Shown here: positions 8,079-18,039 of the stretch, piece after piece | Layout of the letters: each line of letters starts with the position of its first letter | Position numbering within the stretch: the stretch's first letter is position 1 | Origin: an uncultured Gammaproteobacteria bacterium | Lineage (GTDB): Bacteria > Patescibacteriota > Microgenomatia > Daviesbacterales > UBA10151 | Direction of reading: 5' to 3' | DNA length: 64,000 nucleotides | Assembly (NCBI GenBank): GCA_964489875.1 | Contig: CAZAZW010000001.1 | Span: 310,337-374,336, forward strand | The notes under the pieces: model-generated | The model's database searches: none | The model's input: only the letters and a program-made list of their open reading frames with translations | Told to the model about the DNA's origin: nothing | Position numbers and translations under genes: made by a program

Positions 8079-8678
8079 CTAAGGATACAGGGCAAAGTCT
8101 ATTTTAGTTTCTTGAGCAGTCGCATCGAAGAACGTTCCAAAACGTCGATTGTTTTTTGTGCAAGTATTACCACCCCCAGCAGCGCTTCTCGGCCCATCAT
8201 ATGATCCAGCTCCTCCACATATCCATCCTGATCCTCCTTCCCGATACCAAGATGTCACTTTGTCATAATCATCCGGCGTTTTCCAAGAATATACCACAGC
8301 ATTACATGTGCTAAAACCATTTTCTTCAGCACCATTCGTACAAGGCACGATAGGTTGTTTTCCTAGATAGATAGCATTGGGATAAATTGGAAAACCTTGT
8401 AACTCATTGGTCATTTCCCCAATACCAGTCGGTGCAGAGCTGACACTGGGAATTGGGGATGGAGTAACTTGAGGAGCTACCACTGGACTTGGTAATGGAG
8501 TTCCACAAGTTAAAACCGGGTTACAAGGGGCCTTAATGCATTGGACTTGCTGGTAATGACAACCAGGGGGAGGAAAATTAGGGATCTGGATGATTTTAGC
8601 ATACCAAGCTCCTGCAGCTCCTAATCCCACTGCTAAAATTCCAATCAAAATAAAAATCCCTGCAAATCCTTTTTGCAT
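8079..8678 (-). CDS. MQKGF-type signal-anchored secreted protein with Cys module and Pro-rich linker
   Basis: Start moved to the internal ATG (MQKGFAGIFILIGILAVG). The 15 nt caaatcctttttgcat are identical to the start region of 7107-7436. Contains PPGCHYQQVQCIKAPCNPVLTCG followed by a PSPVVAPQVTPSPIPSVS linker. Confidence 0.5.
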   Translation of the reverse strand: MQKGFAGIFILIGILAVGLGAAGAWYAKIIQIPNFPPPGCHYQQVQCIKAPCNPVLTCGTPLPSPVVAPQVTPSPIPSVSSAPTGIGEMTNELQGFPIYPNAIYLGKQPIVPCTNGAEENGFSTCNAVVYSWKTPDDYDKVTSWYREGGSGWICGGAGSYDGPRSAAGGGNTCTKNNRRFGTFFDATAQETKIDFALYP

Positions 8679-8679
8679 C

Positions 8680-9393
8680 TTAATTAAATCTGAAGCCAGA
8701 TAAGATTTTATCTCCAACTTCCCCAATTACCCTGAATAAATACATTCTCCCATCCTTAGATATATACATAAATTTCGGAGAACCTGGTTGGTAAGCAACA
8801 ATTTTATATTTTGCTACCTGACCACTCACAGTAGCCTCCTGATCAAGGGCTATATGGCCTTTGGAGGTATAATCAAAAACTCCCCAGACAAAAGGGTAGT
8901 ACCAATATTTATCAAACCAACTCTCAGCTGTTAAATTATTCGGGTTATCAAATACCCAAACCGAAAATGGGTTCTTATCAAAAGATAGATCTTGATCTAA
9001 CACGGCCACCGCTCCCAAGGGTTTAGGCGGCTCATACCCAACATAACCGGTAAAGTTTTTCCTGAAATTCCCATTGCCCCTCTGATTAAACTCCTCTTCC
9101 GAGTCTGTCTTAACACTTAAATTCAAACTATAGTCAAACTTAAATCCAAGCTCTGAATTTGAATAATCGTTAAACTCCGGCTGCTTAGCGGCAGTAATTG
9201 AAGGAATTTGCAAAGAAATATCAGCTTCGGGCTCTTGTTTCTGTGGGGCTTGGTTAGAAACAATCGGTGCATCCGGCGCTTTCTGTAACTCTTTAACAGA
9301 TTTTACTTTACCGAGATAATATACTTCCGCCGTCACCAAAACTAATACTAAAATCCCAACCAATGCAACTATGTGGACAGAACCTCTTTGCAT
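8680..9393 (-). CDS. Signal-anchored secreted protein, unknown function
   Basis: MQRGSVHIVALVGILVLVLV anchor. Ends 1 nt before the next gene's start. Confidence 0.45.
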   Translation of the reverse strand: MQRGSVHIVALVGILVLVLVTAEVYYLGKVKSVKELQKAPDAPIVSNQAPQKQEPEADISLQIPSITAAKQPEFNDYSNSELGFKFDYSLNLSVKTDSEEEFNQRGNGNFRKNFTGYVGYEPPKPLGAVAVLDQDLSFDKNPFSVWVFDNPNNLTAESWFDKYWYYPFVWGVFDYTSKGHIALDQEATVSGQVAKYKIVAYQPGSPKFMYISKDGRMYLFRVIGEVGDKILSGFRFN

Positions 9394-9450
9394 AAAATAA
9401 TCATAATTTAACTATTGCCAAAATACAATTTCTTCTGTTATTATCGGTCA

Positions 9451-10149
9451 ATGGCCAAAAAGGTAACCACAAAAAGCAAAGCAACTAGGACTGCGGAAAA
9501 ATCCAGTTTCCCAGTTAATCAATCAATCTCTCCATTTAGCAAGACCAATAATTTCTTAAATAAGATATCTTCTTACAAGAATTTCCGTTCCTCGAAAACA
9601 TTTTATCTAATTCTGATAGCAGTTGGTTTACTTCTTCTGTTTATTTACAAAAAAAGCTGGTTTGTTGCTGCCATGGTTAACGGCTCACCTATTACTAATT
9701 TAGAATTACAAACGAAACTTAATAAACAATTCCGCTCCCAAATTTTAACCCAGCTAATTAATGAGAAAATTATTCTGGCAGAAGCTGCTAAGAACAATAC
9801 CATCGCAACCGAAGCGGAAATTAGCAATAAAATCTCGGAAATAGAAACCCAAGTGGGAGGAGCCCAGGCTCTGGATGCTCTTCTGACTCAACAGGGCCAA
9901 ACCAGAGATAGCATCAGACAACAAATTAGGCTGCAACTTAGCATTGAAAAGCTATATGCAAATGAGGCTACAGTTTCCGGCGAAGAAGTTGTAGCATTTA
10001 TTGAACAAAATAAGGATCAACTACAGGCCACTGATTCTGCCGGCCAACAAAAAGAGGCAGAAGAAACTTTAAAAAACCAAAAATTATCGCAAATCTTCTC
10101 ACAAAAATTCCAAGACCTCAAACAGAAAGCAGATATAAAGATCTTCTAG
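9451..10149 (+). CDS. SurA-N-like periplasmic/extracytoplasmic chaperone (no obvious PPIase domain)
   Basis: TM helix, then VAAMVNGSPITNLELQTKLNKQFRSQILTQLINEKIILAEAAKNN (SurA_N pattern). Start set at the first ATG. Confidence 0.55.
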   Translation: MAKKVTTKSKATRTAEKSSFPVNQSISPFSKTNNFLNKISSYKNFRSSKTFYLILIAVGLLLLFIYKKSWFVAAMVNGSPITNLELQTKLNKQFRSQILTQLINEKIILAEAAKNNTIATEAEISNKISEIETQVGGAQALDALLTQQGQTRDSIRQQIRLQLSIEKLYANEATVSGEEVVAFIEQNKDQLQATDSAGQQKEAEETLKNQKLSQIFSQKFQDLKQKADIKIF

Positions 10150-10161
10150 TATAATGGTCGA

Positions 10162-11205
10162 ATGGATATTCGACCTATCACCGGCAAACAAAAAGCTGCC
10201 TACAATAAATTAGTCACTCATGTGATCCAATCTTGGGAGTGGGGAGAATTTAGAAAATCTTTGGGGATTCCGGTTTTACGGTACGGCATTTACCAAGGGA
10301 ATAAATTATCTAAAGCTTTTCAGCTAACTTTACATAAAATTCCCTTTACCAACCAATATGTCGGTTATTTACCAAAAGGCCCCTTGCCGGATAAAGAACT
10401 TGCAGAAGCTCTTAAAAAAATTGGTAGAGAAAATAATTGTGCTTTTATAAAAGTTGAGCCGGATGTAGAAACAAATAGACAATGGACAATGGACAATGGA
10501 CAAAAAAAGAATTCTCAATTATCAATTGTCAATTTTCAATTTATTCCATCTCCCAAGCCCCTTTTTACCAAATATAATTTCGTTCTTGATTTAACAAAAT
10601 CAGAAGAGGAACTTTTGAAAAACTTACATCCCAAAACCAGATACAACATTAAAGTGGCTCAAAAACATGGAGTAAAAGTAGAAACTAAAACAGATAATGA
10701 AGCTTTTGAGGTTTATTTAAAACTCTACTTTGAGACCACTAAAAGACAAGGTTATCACGGACACAATGAATATTATCACCGGGAAGTATGGGAAACTTTA
10801 AAAACTGCCGGTATGACAAGATTACTAATTGCTTTTTATGAAGGCAAACCCCTAACCGCCTGGATGCTTTTAAATTTTAAAGACACCCTTTATTATCCTT
10901 ATGGCGGTTCATCCGTTACTCACCGAGAAGTGATGGCTAATAATCTCGTAGCCTGGAAAGCAATAAAATTAGGTAAAAAGTTAGGGCTTAAAAAATTTGA
11001 CATGTGGGGGGCGCTAGGTCCTGATGCCAATCCCAAGGATTCCTGGTTTGGGTTTCACAAATTCAAACAGGGATACGGAGGACAACTTACCGAATACATT
11101 GGCACTTATGATTTAGTTTTTAACTGGCCTGTGTATTTTACTTTTACTATAATTGATCGTTTAACCCCGTTAAAAGTTTTTCTGTTAAGGTTATTGGGGA
11201 AATAA
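10162..11205 (+). CDS. FemAB-family peptidoglycan peptide-bridge aminoacyltransferase
   Basis: SWEWGEFR, LHPKTRYNIKVAQKHGV, YYPYGGS, ANNLVAWKAIKLGK: the FemX/MurM pattern. Confidence 0.8.
   Translation: MDIRPITGKQKAAYNKLVTHVIQSWEWGEFRKSLGIPVLRYGIYQGNKLSKAFQLTLHKIPFTNQYVGYLPKGPLPDKELAEALKKIGRENNCAFIKVEPDVETNRQWTMDNGQKKNSQLSIVNFQFIPSPKPLFTKYNFVLDLTKSEEELLKNLHPKTRYNIKVAQKHGVKVETKTDNEAFEVYLKLYFETTKRQGYHGHNEYYHREVWETLKTAGMTRLLIAFYEGKPLTAWMLLNFKDTLYYPYGGSSVTHREVMANNLVAWKAIKLGKKLGLKKFDMWGALGPDANPKDSWFGFHKFKQGYGGQLTEYIGTYDLVFNWPVYFTFTIIDRLTPLKVFLLRLLGK
10478..10503. repeat. Heptamer tandem array GACAATG x3.7 inside femAB-family gene
   Basis: gacaatg gacaatg gacaatg gacaa, translated as RQWTMDNGQ. 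Confidence 0.85.
10515..10542. repeat. Heptamer tandem array TCAATTN x4 inside femAB-family gene
   Basis: tcaatta tcaattg tcaattt tcaattt, translated as SQLSIVNFQF. Lies 11 nt after the previous array. Confidence 0.85.
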
Positions 11206-11709
11206 ATGGACACAACTTTAATCATTTCCGCCGGAATCTTATTAGGATGCGTCATCGGCCTTTCTTGGTTTGCCGGCTCTGATGCCCCTTATGTCCCAAC
11301 TAAGATGGAGAGAATCAGGAAAATTCTAAAACTGGCTGGTGTTAAAAAGGGCAAAAAATTTTATGAGTTGGGATCAGGAGACGGCCGGGTGGTTTTTGCA
11401 GCAGCCAAACTGGGAGCAAATTCAGTTGGAATAGAACAATCATGGCTTCGTGTGCTCTACTCGCGTTACAAATCGGCTTCCCACTCGTCAAGTGGGAACA
11501 CAAAGTTTTATCATGGCAATATTTTTTCAAGAATTTACGAAGATGCAAATGTAGTCTACATTTATCTTCTGCACAAAGGGGTCAAGAAATTAGAAGAGAA
11601 GCTCCGAAAAGAATTAAAAAAAGGATCAATTGTTATTACTCAAACTTACCACTTTCCGAACTGGAAGCCATCCAAGAAAAACGGGGATTTTTGGATTTAT
11701 ACTAAATAA
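11206..11709 (+). CDS. Class I SAM-dependent methyltransferase with N-terminal TM helix
   Basis: YELGSGDGRVVFAAAKLGANSVGIE (motif I). Starts 1 nt after the femAB-family gene. Confidence 0.6.
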   Translation: MDTTLIISAGILLGCVIGLSWFAGSDAPYVPTKMERIRKILKLAGVKKGKKFYELGSGDGRVVFAAAKLGANSVGIEQSWLRVLYSRYKSASHSSSGNTKFYHGNIFSRIYEDANVVYIYLLHKGVKKLEEKLRKELKKGSIVITQTYHFPNWKPSKKNGDFWIYTK

Positions 11710-12820
11710 CAATCAGTTTCTTTGGTGAAACTGTCAGCTGTCTAAAACCACTTTTTTCTAACACGAACAAGTCTTCAATCCTTCCCCCGCCCGCTTCGAC
11801 TCGCGTCGAGTGAGGCGAGCCAAAATCAGGTACATATATTCCCGGTTCTATGGAAAAAACCATTCCCTCTTTTAAAATCTCTTTACTTTTGGGTGACAAA
11901 CTGGGGTGTTCATGAACTTCCAAACCAATTCCATGACCTAAGGAATGGGGAATTGTCGGAAATCCTTTGGAAGTTATGTAATCCCGGGCTATTTTATCCA
12001 CTTCTGCAGTTTTAATTACTTTACCAGCTCTAATAGTAGAATTGATAAAATTCACTGCTTTTTGTTGGGCTGTCAAAACTGTCTGGTAGATTTCTTTTTG
12101 TTTACCAGCTGGCTCCCCGAAAAATACAGTCCTAGTCATATCAGAACAGTAATTTTCCAGCTTTACCCCGAAGTCCAGTAGAACAAATTCTCCATTTCCG
12201 GTTAATTTAGTTTCACCTGTCTGATGGTGTGGAATGGAAGAATTTTTACCAAAAGCTACAATTGGCGGAAAAGAAATTTCAGCCACTTTATCTTTAATGA
12301 AATTTTCCAGCTCATTTGCCACCTGCTTTTCAGTGACCCCAATTTTGATCTTTTTAAGAGTAAAATCGAAAGCCAAATCTCCAATCCTACAAGCTTTTTC
12401 TATTTTTTTTATTTCCTCTTCAGTCTTAACGCTTCTTAAATGGCCAACATCAAAATGTTTTATCTTTTTGAAGTGTTTGCTTAAAGATTTATGCTCCCCA
12501 ACGGTTAAATTATCTTCTTCAATCCCCAACCGTTTAATTTCTTTGTGGTGTTTTTTAAAAAGTTCCTTGGTGGGATTTATATGACTTCTTTCAAAAATGG
12601 TTAAGTGAGGAACCTCCCTTTTTATTGCCTCTGTATACCTGGCATCAGTAATAATGTAGGCAAAGTCTTTACCGATAAAAATATATGCCTCCCGTTCGTC
12701 CTTGGAAAAATTTGTAAAACCGGAAAGATAACTAATATTGGAAACCGAAGAAATCAAAACACCGTCCAGTTTTGCTTTCAGCAGTTTTTGTCTAATATCT
12801 TTTATCCTCTGCTCAAACAT
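11702..12820 (-). CDS. pepP: M24-family Xaa-Pro aminopeptidase
   Basis: DFG...YCSDMTRT, HGLGHGIGLEVHE, SIEPGIY, GGRIED. Confidence 0.85.
   Translation of the reverse strand: MFEQRIKDIRQKLLKAKLDGVLISSVSNISYLSGFTNFSKDEREAYIFIGKDFAYIITDARYTEAIKREVPHLTIFERSHINPTKELFKKHHKEIKRLGIEEDNLTVGEHKSLSKHFKKIKHFDVGHLRSVKTEEEIKKIEKACRIGDLAFDFTLKKIKIGVTEKQVANELENFIKDKVAEISFPPIVAFGKNSSIPHHQTGETKLTGNGEFVLLDFGVKLENYCSDMTRTVFFGEPAGKQKEIYQTVLTAQQKAVNFINSTIRAGKVIKTAEVDKIARDYITSKGFPTIPHSLGHGIGLEVHEHPSLSPKSKEILKEGMVFSIEPGIYVPDFGSPHSTRVEAGGGRIEDLFVLEKSGFRQLTVSPKKLIVI
11790..11821. repeat. GC-rich mini-element CCCGCTTCG-N13-GAGGCGAGCC inside pepP
   Basis: Read directly. Translated on the minus strand as SPHSTRVEAG, inserted just before the conserved GGRIED. 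Confidence 0.75.
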
Positions 12821-12852
12821 GCCCCCATTTTACCATGATATAATCCTAAACG

Positions 12853-14016
12853 ATGAAACTACTCCATTTTTCCGACCTTCATATTGGCATGGAAAATTAT
12901 GCAAAATTAGATCCGGAAACCGGACTTTCCACTAGGCTGTTGGATTTTTTCAAAACTTTTGATTTTATTGTGGATACTGCCTTTAAAGAAAATGTCGATG
13001 TGGTTATCTTTGCCGGGGATGCCTATAAAACCCGTGACCCCAACCCTACCCAGCAACGGGGTTTTGGGCAGCGGATTGCTAAAATAGCCAAGAAGATACC
13101 GGTAATCTTAGTTGTGGGAAACCATGACACTCCTAATGCCGAAGGCAAGGCCAATACTTTGGATATTTACTCGGCTTTGGAGATAGATAATGTTTGGGTT
13201 TCCAGACACCCGGAAATTTTACAAATCTCTACCAAATCAGGAAATTTGCAAGTGGTCACCCTACCCTGGTTACATAAAAATGATTACAAAACCATTGCAG
13301 AAAAACTAAAATTACTCTACGGCAAAATTAAACCTCCGGCAGCTGCCGGACCTGCTATTTTAGCTTCCCATGCAGAAATAACAGGGGCACAGTTCGGTAG
13401 CGAAAAAGGCATGGCCATTACCAATGATGTCACCATTCCCCTACCGCTGATCCAGGATAAAAAAATATCTTATGTAGCTTTAGGCCACCTACACAAACAC
13501 CAAGTCTTATCAAAACCGGGCGACTCCACTTTAATTGTTTACTCCGGCTCGCCCCAGCGGGTGGATTTCGGGGAAGAAAAAGAGGAAAAGGGGATTTGCT
13601 TAGTGGAAATTTCACCTTCGAACAAGGCCACTTTTAATTTTATTCCCACCAATGCCCGGAAATTTTTAACTATCACCATCAACCTGGATGCCAAAGATAC
13701 CGATCCCACCAAAACCATTATCAAAACAATTGAAAGCAAAGATATCAAAGACAAGATCGTCAAGGTAATAATTAATATTCCGACCGAATGTGAGCAAGAG
13801 TTAAAAATGGACCAGATTAAAAAAGTTTTGAAAGATGCCAATTTTATTGCCGGCATTTCCCGGAATGTGGAAAGGGTTGAACGGGCCAGACTAGAAACTA
13901 GTGAAGTAGAAAGCCTTACTCCTATCCAGGCTTTACAAAAATATTTTGAAAGTAAAAAATACTCCCCCGAAAAACAGAAAAAATTAGAACAATATGCTGC
14001 CTTGTTACTGGAGTAA
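12853..14016 (+). CDS. sbcD: Exonuclease SbcD / Mre11-type nuclease
   Basis: MKLLHFSDLHIG, VIFAGDAY, VVGNHD, GHLH. Confidence 0.85.
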   Translation: MKLLHFSDLHIGMENYAKLDPETGLSTRLLDFFKTFDFIVDTAFKENVDVVIFAGDAYKTRDPNPTQQRGFGQRIAKIAKKIPVILVVGNHDTPNAEGKANTLDIYSALEIDNVWVSRHPEILQISTKSGNLQVVTLPWLHKNDYKTIAEKLKLLYGKIKPPAAAGPAILASHAEITGAQFGSEKGMAITNDVTIPLPLIQDKKISYVALGHLHKHQVLSKPGDSTLIVYSGSPQRVDFGEEKEEKGICLVEISPSNKATFNFIPTNARKFLTITINLDAKDTDPTKTIIKTIESKDIKDKIVKVIINIPTECEQELKMDQIKKVLKDANFIAGISRNVERVERARLETSEVESLTPIQALQKYFESKKYSPEKQKKLEQYAALLLE

Positions 14017-14018
14017 AC

Positions 14019-16190
14019 ATGATACCTGTTAACCTTAAATTATCTAACTTTACCAGCTACGGCGGAAATCCTCCGGAGTTGGATTTTACCAAATTTAAAC
14101 TGGCTGCCATCTCCGGATTAAACGGCGCCGGCAAATCATCACTCCTTGATTCCATTACCTGGTGTTTGTGGGGCACTTCCCGAGCCGGCGACTCCTCTGA
14201 TGATCTTGTCCACTTGGGAAGCCAGGAAATGAGCGTGGAATTCTCTTTTGAACTGGACGGCCACCTTTATACCGTTAAAAGGAAACGGATCAAAAAAGGT
14301 GGCGGCCAAACAGCCCTGGAACTTTGGTCCAATTCCCACAATTTAACAGAAGGCACTATTAAAGCAACCCAAACCAAAATCATTGATGCCCTACATTTAA
14401 GTTTTGAAACCTTTACCAACTCAGCTTACCTTCGCCAGGGCCATGCTGATGAGTTCACCACCAAGGGTCCGACTGACCGGAAAAGAATCCTGGCTGATAT
14501 TTTAGGGCTGGACCACTACGATAAACTGGAAGAGCGAGCCAAGGAAAAATCTAAAGAAGCCCAAACTAAATTGACGCTGCTGGATTACCAGCTGCTGGAA
14601 ATAGAGGCAGAGTTATCCCAAAAAGAAGACCGTTCAGCAAAGAAAAAGGCAACTGAGAATAAAATCACCGAAGTTGAAACACAAATTAAATCCTCGGAAG
14701 AAAAATTAAAAACCCTGCGGGAGCAGCGGGAAGCATTAAGTCTGGCTTCCGAACAAAGAAAAAAATTAGAGCAAAATTATTTGGAAAATAAAAAAGAATT
14801 AGAAGAAATCATCACTCAGGGGAAAAACCGCAAAAGTAAAATTGACTCCCTTAAACTGCAGCTGGAAAAATTGCAGGGAGTTACCGGAGAACTGGAGAAC
14901 TTAAAATCCCTCCAGCAGGAAAAAGAAAATTTGGAAAAAATTAAACAAGAAAAACTGGAAACAGAAAAACAATTATCCGATATTACCGGGGAGATTAATT
15001 TAAAAAAACTTAAAGTTCAAAATATCCAAAATGAAATCGATAAATTAACCTCTCAACTAACAGCATCATCAAAAACAGGAGCCAAGTGTCCTACTTGCGG
15101 ACAGGAAATCGGCAAAGCTGAAAAATCCCATGTGCACAGTCAACTGACAACTCAAATTACAGCTCTAAAAAAAGACCTTTTGAAAATTGACTTTTCCAGG
15201 GAAGAAAAAATATTAACTGAATTAGAGAAAAAATTAAAAACCTTTTTCTTTGATCCTCAAAAATATCAACAAATCCTACTACAACTTAAAAACTTAGAAG
15301 AAATCCAAAAACAAAAAGAGGAAATGCTGCAACTTAAGGCCACTTTGCAAACTGAGGAAAAGGTAGTTTTAGAAATGAGGACACTATTCCAAAACAAAAA
15401 ATCCCAGGTTGATAAGTTATCAGAAGAAATTAATAAACTGCCTGATTTATCGGAAAAAATTATTCACTCAAACAAAGAAATCGCCAGCACGGAAAACGAG
15501 TTAAGCAGTATCCGCGAAGAAGAAAAAGAAGCCCGCGGGATTTTGGGACAAATCAATGAATTAATCTCCCGGACTGCCCAGATGGAAAAACTGCAAAAAA
15601 ATAAAGGTGAAGAAAAATTTAATTTACAAAAAGAAAAAGAGATTTTTGATGAGCTAGCTTTGGCCTTTGGCAAAAAAGGCATCCAGGCCATGATTATTGA
15701 AAATGCCATCCCGGAAATAGAGGATGAAGCCAACAGATTATTGGACAAGTTAACTGAAGGCCGGATGAAAATCAGGTTAGAAACCCAAAAAGAAACTAAA
15801 ACCAAAGTGCTGCTGTCGGAGGGAGAAAAAGGCTATGCCATAGTGGAAACTTTGGAAATTATTATTTCGGATGAAATGGGCGAGCGGCCGTATGAGCTTT
15901 ATTCCGGCGGGGAAACTTTCCGGGTGAATTTTGCCATCAGACTAGCTATCTCAAAATTATTAACCCACCGGGCCGGGGCTAAGTTACAATTTCTAGTCAT
16001 CGATGAAGGTTTCGGCACCCAGGATGCGCCCGGCCGGGCCAGACTCGTGGAAGTTTTGGATACCATCAAAGATGATTTTGAAAAAATTATTGTCATTACT
16101 CATATTGAAGAGCTAAAGGAGGAATTCCCGGTCAGGATTGAAGTCTCCAAAAACTCAGGAGGTTCTACTTTTGAAGTGGTTGGGATTTAA
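14019..16190 (+). CDS. sbcC: SbcC / Rad50-type ATPase
   Basis: GLNGAGKSSLLDSI Walker A, long coiled coil with CPTCGQ zinc hook, YSGGETFR signature, LVIDEGFG Walker B. Confidence 0.85.
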   Translation: MIPVNLKLSNFTSYGGNPPELDFTKFKLAAISGLNGAGKSSLLDSITWCLWGTSRAGDSSDDLVHLGSQEMSVEFSFELDGHLYTVKRKRIKKGGGQTALELWSNSHNLTEGTIKATQTKIIDALHLSFETFTNSAYLRQGHADEFTTKGPTDRKRILADILGLDHYDKLEERAKEKSKEAQTKLTLLDYQLLEIEAELSQKEDRSAKKKATENKITEVETQIKSSEEKLKTLREQREALSLASEQRKKLEQNYLENKKELEEIITQGKNRKSKIDSLKLQLEKLQGVTGELENLKSLQQEKENLEKIKQEKLETEKQLSDITGEINLKKLKVQNIQNEIDKLTSQLTASSKTGAKCPTCGQEIGKAEKSHVHSQLTTQITALKKDLLKIDFSREEKILTELEKKLKTFFFDPQKYQQILLQLKNLEEIQKQKEEMLQLKATLQTEEKVVLEMRTLFQNKKSQVDKLSEEINKLPDLSEKIIHSNKEIASTENELSSIREEEKEARGILGQINELISRTAQMEKLQKNKGEEKFNLQKEKEIFDELALAFGKKGIQAMIIENAIPEIEDEANRLLDKLTEGRMKIRLETQKETKTKVLLSEGEKGYAIVETLEIIISDEMGERPYELYSGGETFRVNFAIRLAISKLLTHRAGAKLQFLVIDEGFGTQDAPGRARLVEVLDTIKDDFEKIIVITHIEELKEEFPVRIEVSKNSGGSTFEVVGI

Positions 16191-16204
16191 GTTACAATGT
16201 ATTC

Positions 16205-16576
16205 ATGGCCAAAATTATTTTCAAAATTCTTCCGGCTTTAGTTTTTTGGGCCAGTTTTGCCTATGTAGTTTTACAGGTGCCTTATCCGGACAGTTTAACC
16301 CAGGCTAATTTCACTCAAATTCTCCCATTTTTTGCTAGCCTTTTTCTGGCTTTAGTATTTACCCTGAACATTCTATTTAAAAATATCCTTTTCTCATCTT
16401 CCATCAGCTTAGGTCTAATTTTCCTATTAATTCTTAGCGCCTTGGACTCTTTAAACATCGTTACCGGTATCTTAATCGTTGTAGCTACTTATTTACTAGC
16501 CAGTTATTTTAGAAAAGCAAAAAGAAAAGGTTTGACTAAACAACCAAAAATCCCTAAACTAACGAAGCACTTATGA
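16205..16576 (+). CDS. Small integral membrane protein
   Basis: Four hydrophobic segments and a basic tail. Overlaps the metG start by 4 nt. Confidence 0.4.
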   Translation: MAKIIFKILPALVFWASFAYVVLQVPYPDSLTQANFTQILPFFASLFLALVFTLNILFKNILFSSSISLGLIFLLILSALDSLNIVTGILIVVATYLLASYFRKAKRKGLTKQPKIPKLTKHL

Positions 16577-18039
16577 ACAAATACTACATTACAACAGCTA
16601 TACCATATGTTAATGCTGCACCGCATATAGGCTTCGCACTTGAACTCGTACAAGCCGATACAATTGCACGCTACCATCGTGACATCTTAAAAGAGGATGT
16701 CTTCTTCTCGTCTGGTTCAGACGAGAATAGTCTGAAAAATGTCCAGGCAGCAGAAAGTGAAAGTATTCCTACTAGAAAATTAGTTGATAAATATGCAAAA
16801 AGGTTTGCGGACCTAAAATCGGTATTAAATATTTCTTATGACGTCTTCAACAGAACTGCCACAGAAGAGCACTTTAAAGGTGCACAGAAATTATGGTTAG
16901 CTTGTAAAAAAGAGGACATTTATAAACAAACTTATACTGGCCTTTACTGTGTTGGTTGTGAAGAATTCTACATTGAAGACGAACTAATAGATGGTCACTG
17001 TCCCGAGCACCCAAACATCATACCGGAGAAAGTAAGTGAGGAGAATTATTTTTTCAAACTAACTAACTATCAAAAAGATTTAGAGAAATTCATAGAGGAA
17101 GATAAAGTCAAAATTGTTCCCCAGACTCGGAAAAATGAAATCTTTTCATTTATAAAACAAGGTCTCAAAGATTTTAGTATTTCCAGATCAGTTGCCCGGG
17201 CTAAAGATTGGGGGGTCCCAGTTCCCAACGACCCCTCCCAAATCCAATATGTTTGGTTCGATGCTTTAGTAACTTACCTTACGGCATTAGGTTATGGAAC
17301 AAATGGGGAACTTTTCCATAAGTATTGGACGGAAGATTCAGAAAAAGTCCACATTATTGGAAAAGGGATTATCAGATTTCATGCAGTATATTGGATAGCA
17401 ATGTTATTGTCAGCAAATTTGCCTTTACCGAATTTAGAATTTGTTCACGGTTATATAACGGTAAACGGCCAAAAGATTAGCAAGTCTCTTGGTAATACAG
17501 TTGATCCATTTGAGTTGGTTCAAAAATACGGCACAGACCCTGTCCGCTATTATCTTCTAAAAGAAATCCCTGCTTATGGTGATGGCGATTTCTCTGAAGA
17601 AAAATTTAAAGAACTTTACAATGCTGACCTAGCAAATGGTTTGGGTAATCTAGTGGCCAGAGTAGCCAAACTTTGCGAAAAAATTAACCTTAACGTTTCA
17701 TTTACATCAGGGAATTTTTATACAATCGTGGAAAAGTCACTCGCTGATTTTCGCTTTGATATAGCTCTACATTATATATGGACACAAATTGCTCAAGTCG
17801 ATTCTATTATTAATCAAGAAAAACCATGGACATTAAAGGAAGACGATCTCCGTGTAGTTTTAGAGGCGGACTTGGTAAAGAAAATCCAACAAATTGCCTT
17901 TAATCTGCAGCCATTTTTACCTGAAACAGCCGAAAAAATCTTAAAACAATTTTCCGGACAAATTAAATCCGCCCCACCGCTTTTTCCCCGCCTGCCATCG
18001 CCTAGCGGCGAAGCAATTGGCGGGCAGGCCAGGCTATGA
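16573..18039 (+). CDS. metG: Methionine--tRNA ligase (short form)
   Basis: YITTAIPYVNAAPHIGFA (HIGH), CxxC knuckle CVGCEEF...CPEH, KISKSLGN (KMSKS). Confidence 0.9.
   Translation: MNKYYITTAIPYVNAAPHIGFALELVQADTIARYHRDILKEDVFFSSGSDENSLKNVQAAESESIPTRKLVDKYAKRFADLKSVLNISYDVFNRTATEEHFKGAQKLWLACKKEDIYKQTYTGLYCVGCEEFYIEDELIDGHCPEHPNIIPEKVSEENYFFKLTNYQKDLEKFIEEDKVKIVPQTRKNEIFSFIKQGLKDFSISRSVARAKDWGVPVPNDPSQIQYVWFDALVTYLTALGYGTNGELFHKYWTEDSEKVHIIGKGIIRFHAVYWIAMLLSANLPLPNLEFVHGYITVNGQKISKSLGNTVDPFELVQKYGTDPVRYYLLKEIPAYGDGDFSEEKFKELYNADLANGLGNLVARVAKLCEKINLNVSFTSGNFYTIVEKSLADFRFDIALHYIWTQIAQVDSIINQEKPWTLKEDDLRVVLEADLVKKIQQIAFNLQPFLPETAEKILKQFSGQIKSAPPLFPRLPSPSGEAIGGQARL

Noticed and set aside
7370-8678. 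The MQKGF N-termini interpreted as type IV pilin (class III) signal peptides.
   Set aside because: The G-F is followed by AGIF/GWIW with no Glu at +5 and no FTLIE-like core. They are more simply signal anchors.
12224-12838. Plus-strand ORFs antisense to pepP.
   Set aside because: They are shadow ORFs opposite an M24 peptidase with all metal-ligand motifs.
13336-13349. A perfect 14-nt palindrome ccggcagctgccgg inside sbcD.
   Set aside because: It is a single short palindrome encoding PAAAG, with no second copy seen. That is insufficient to call it an element.
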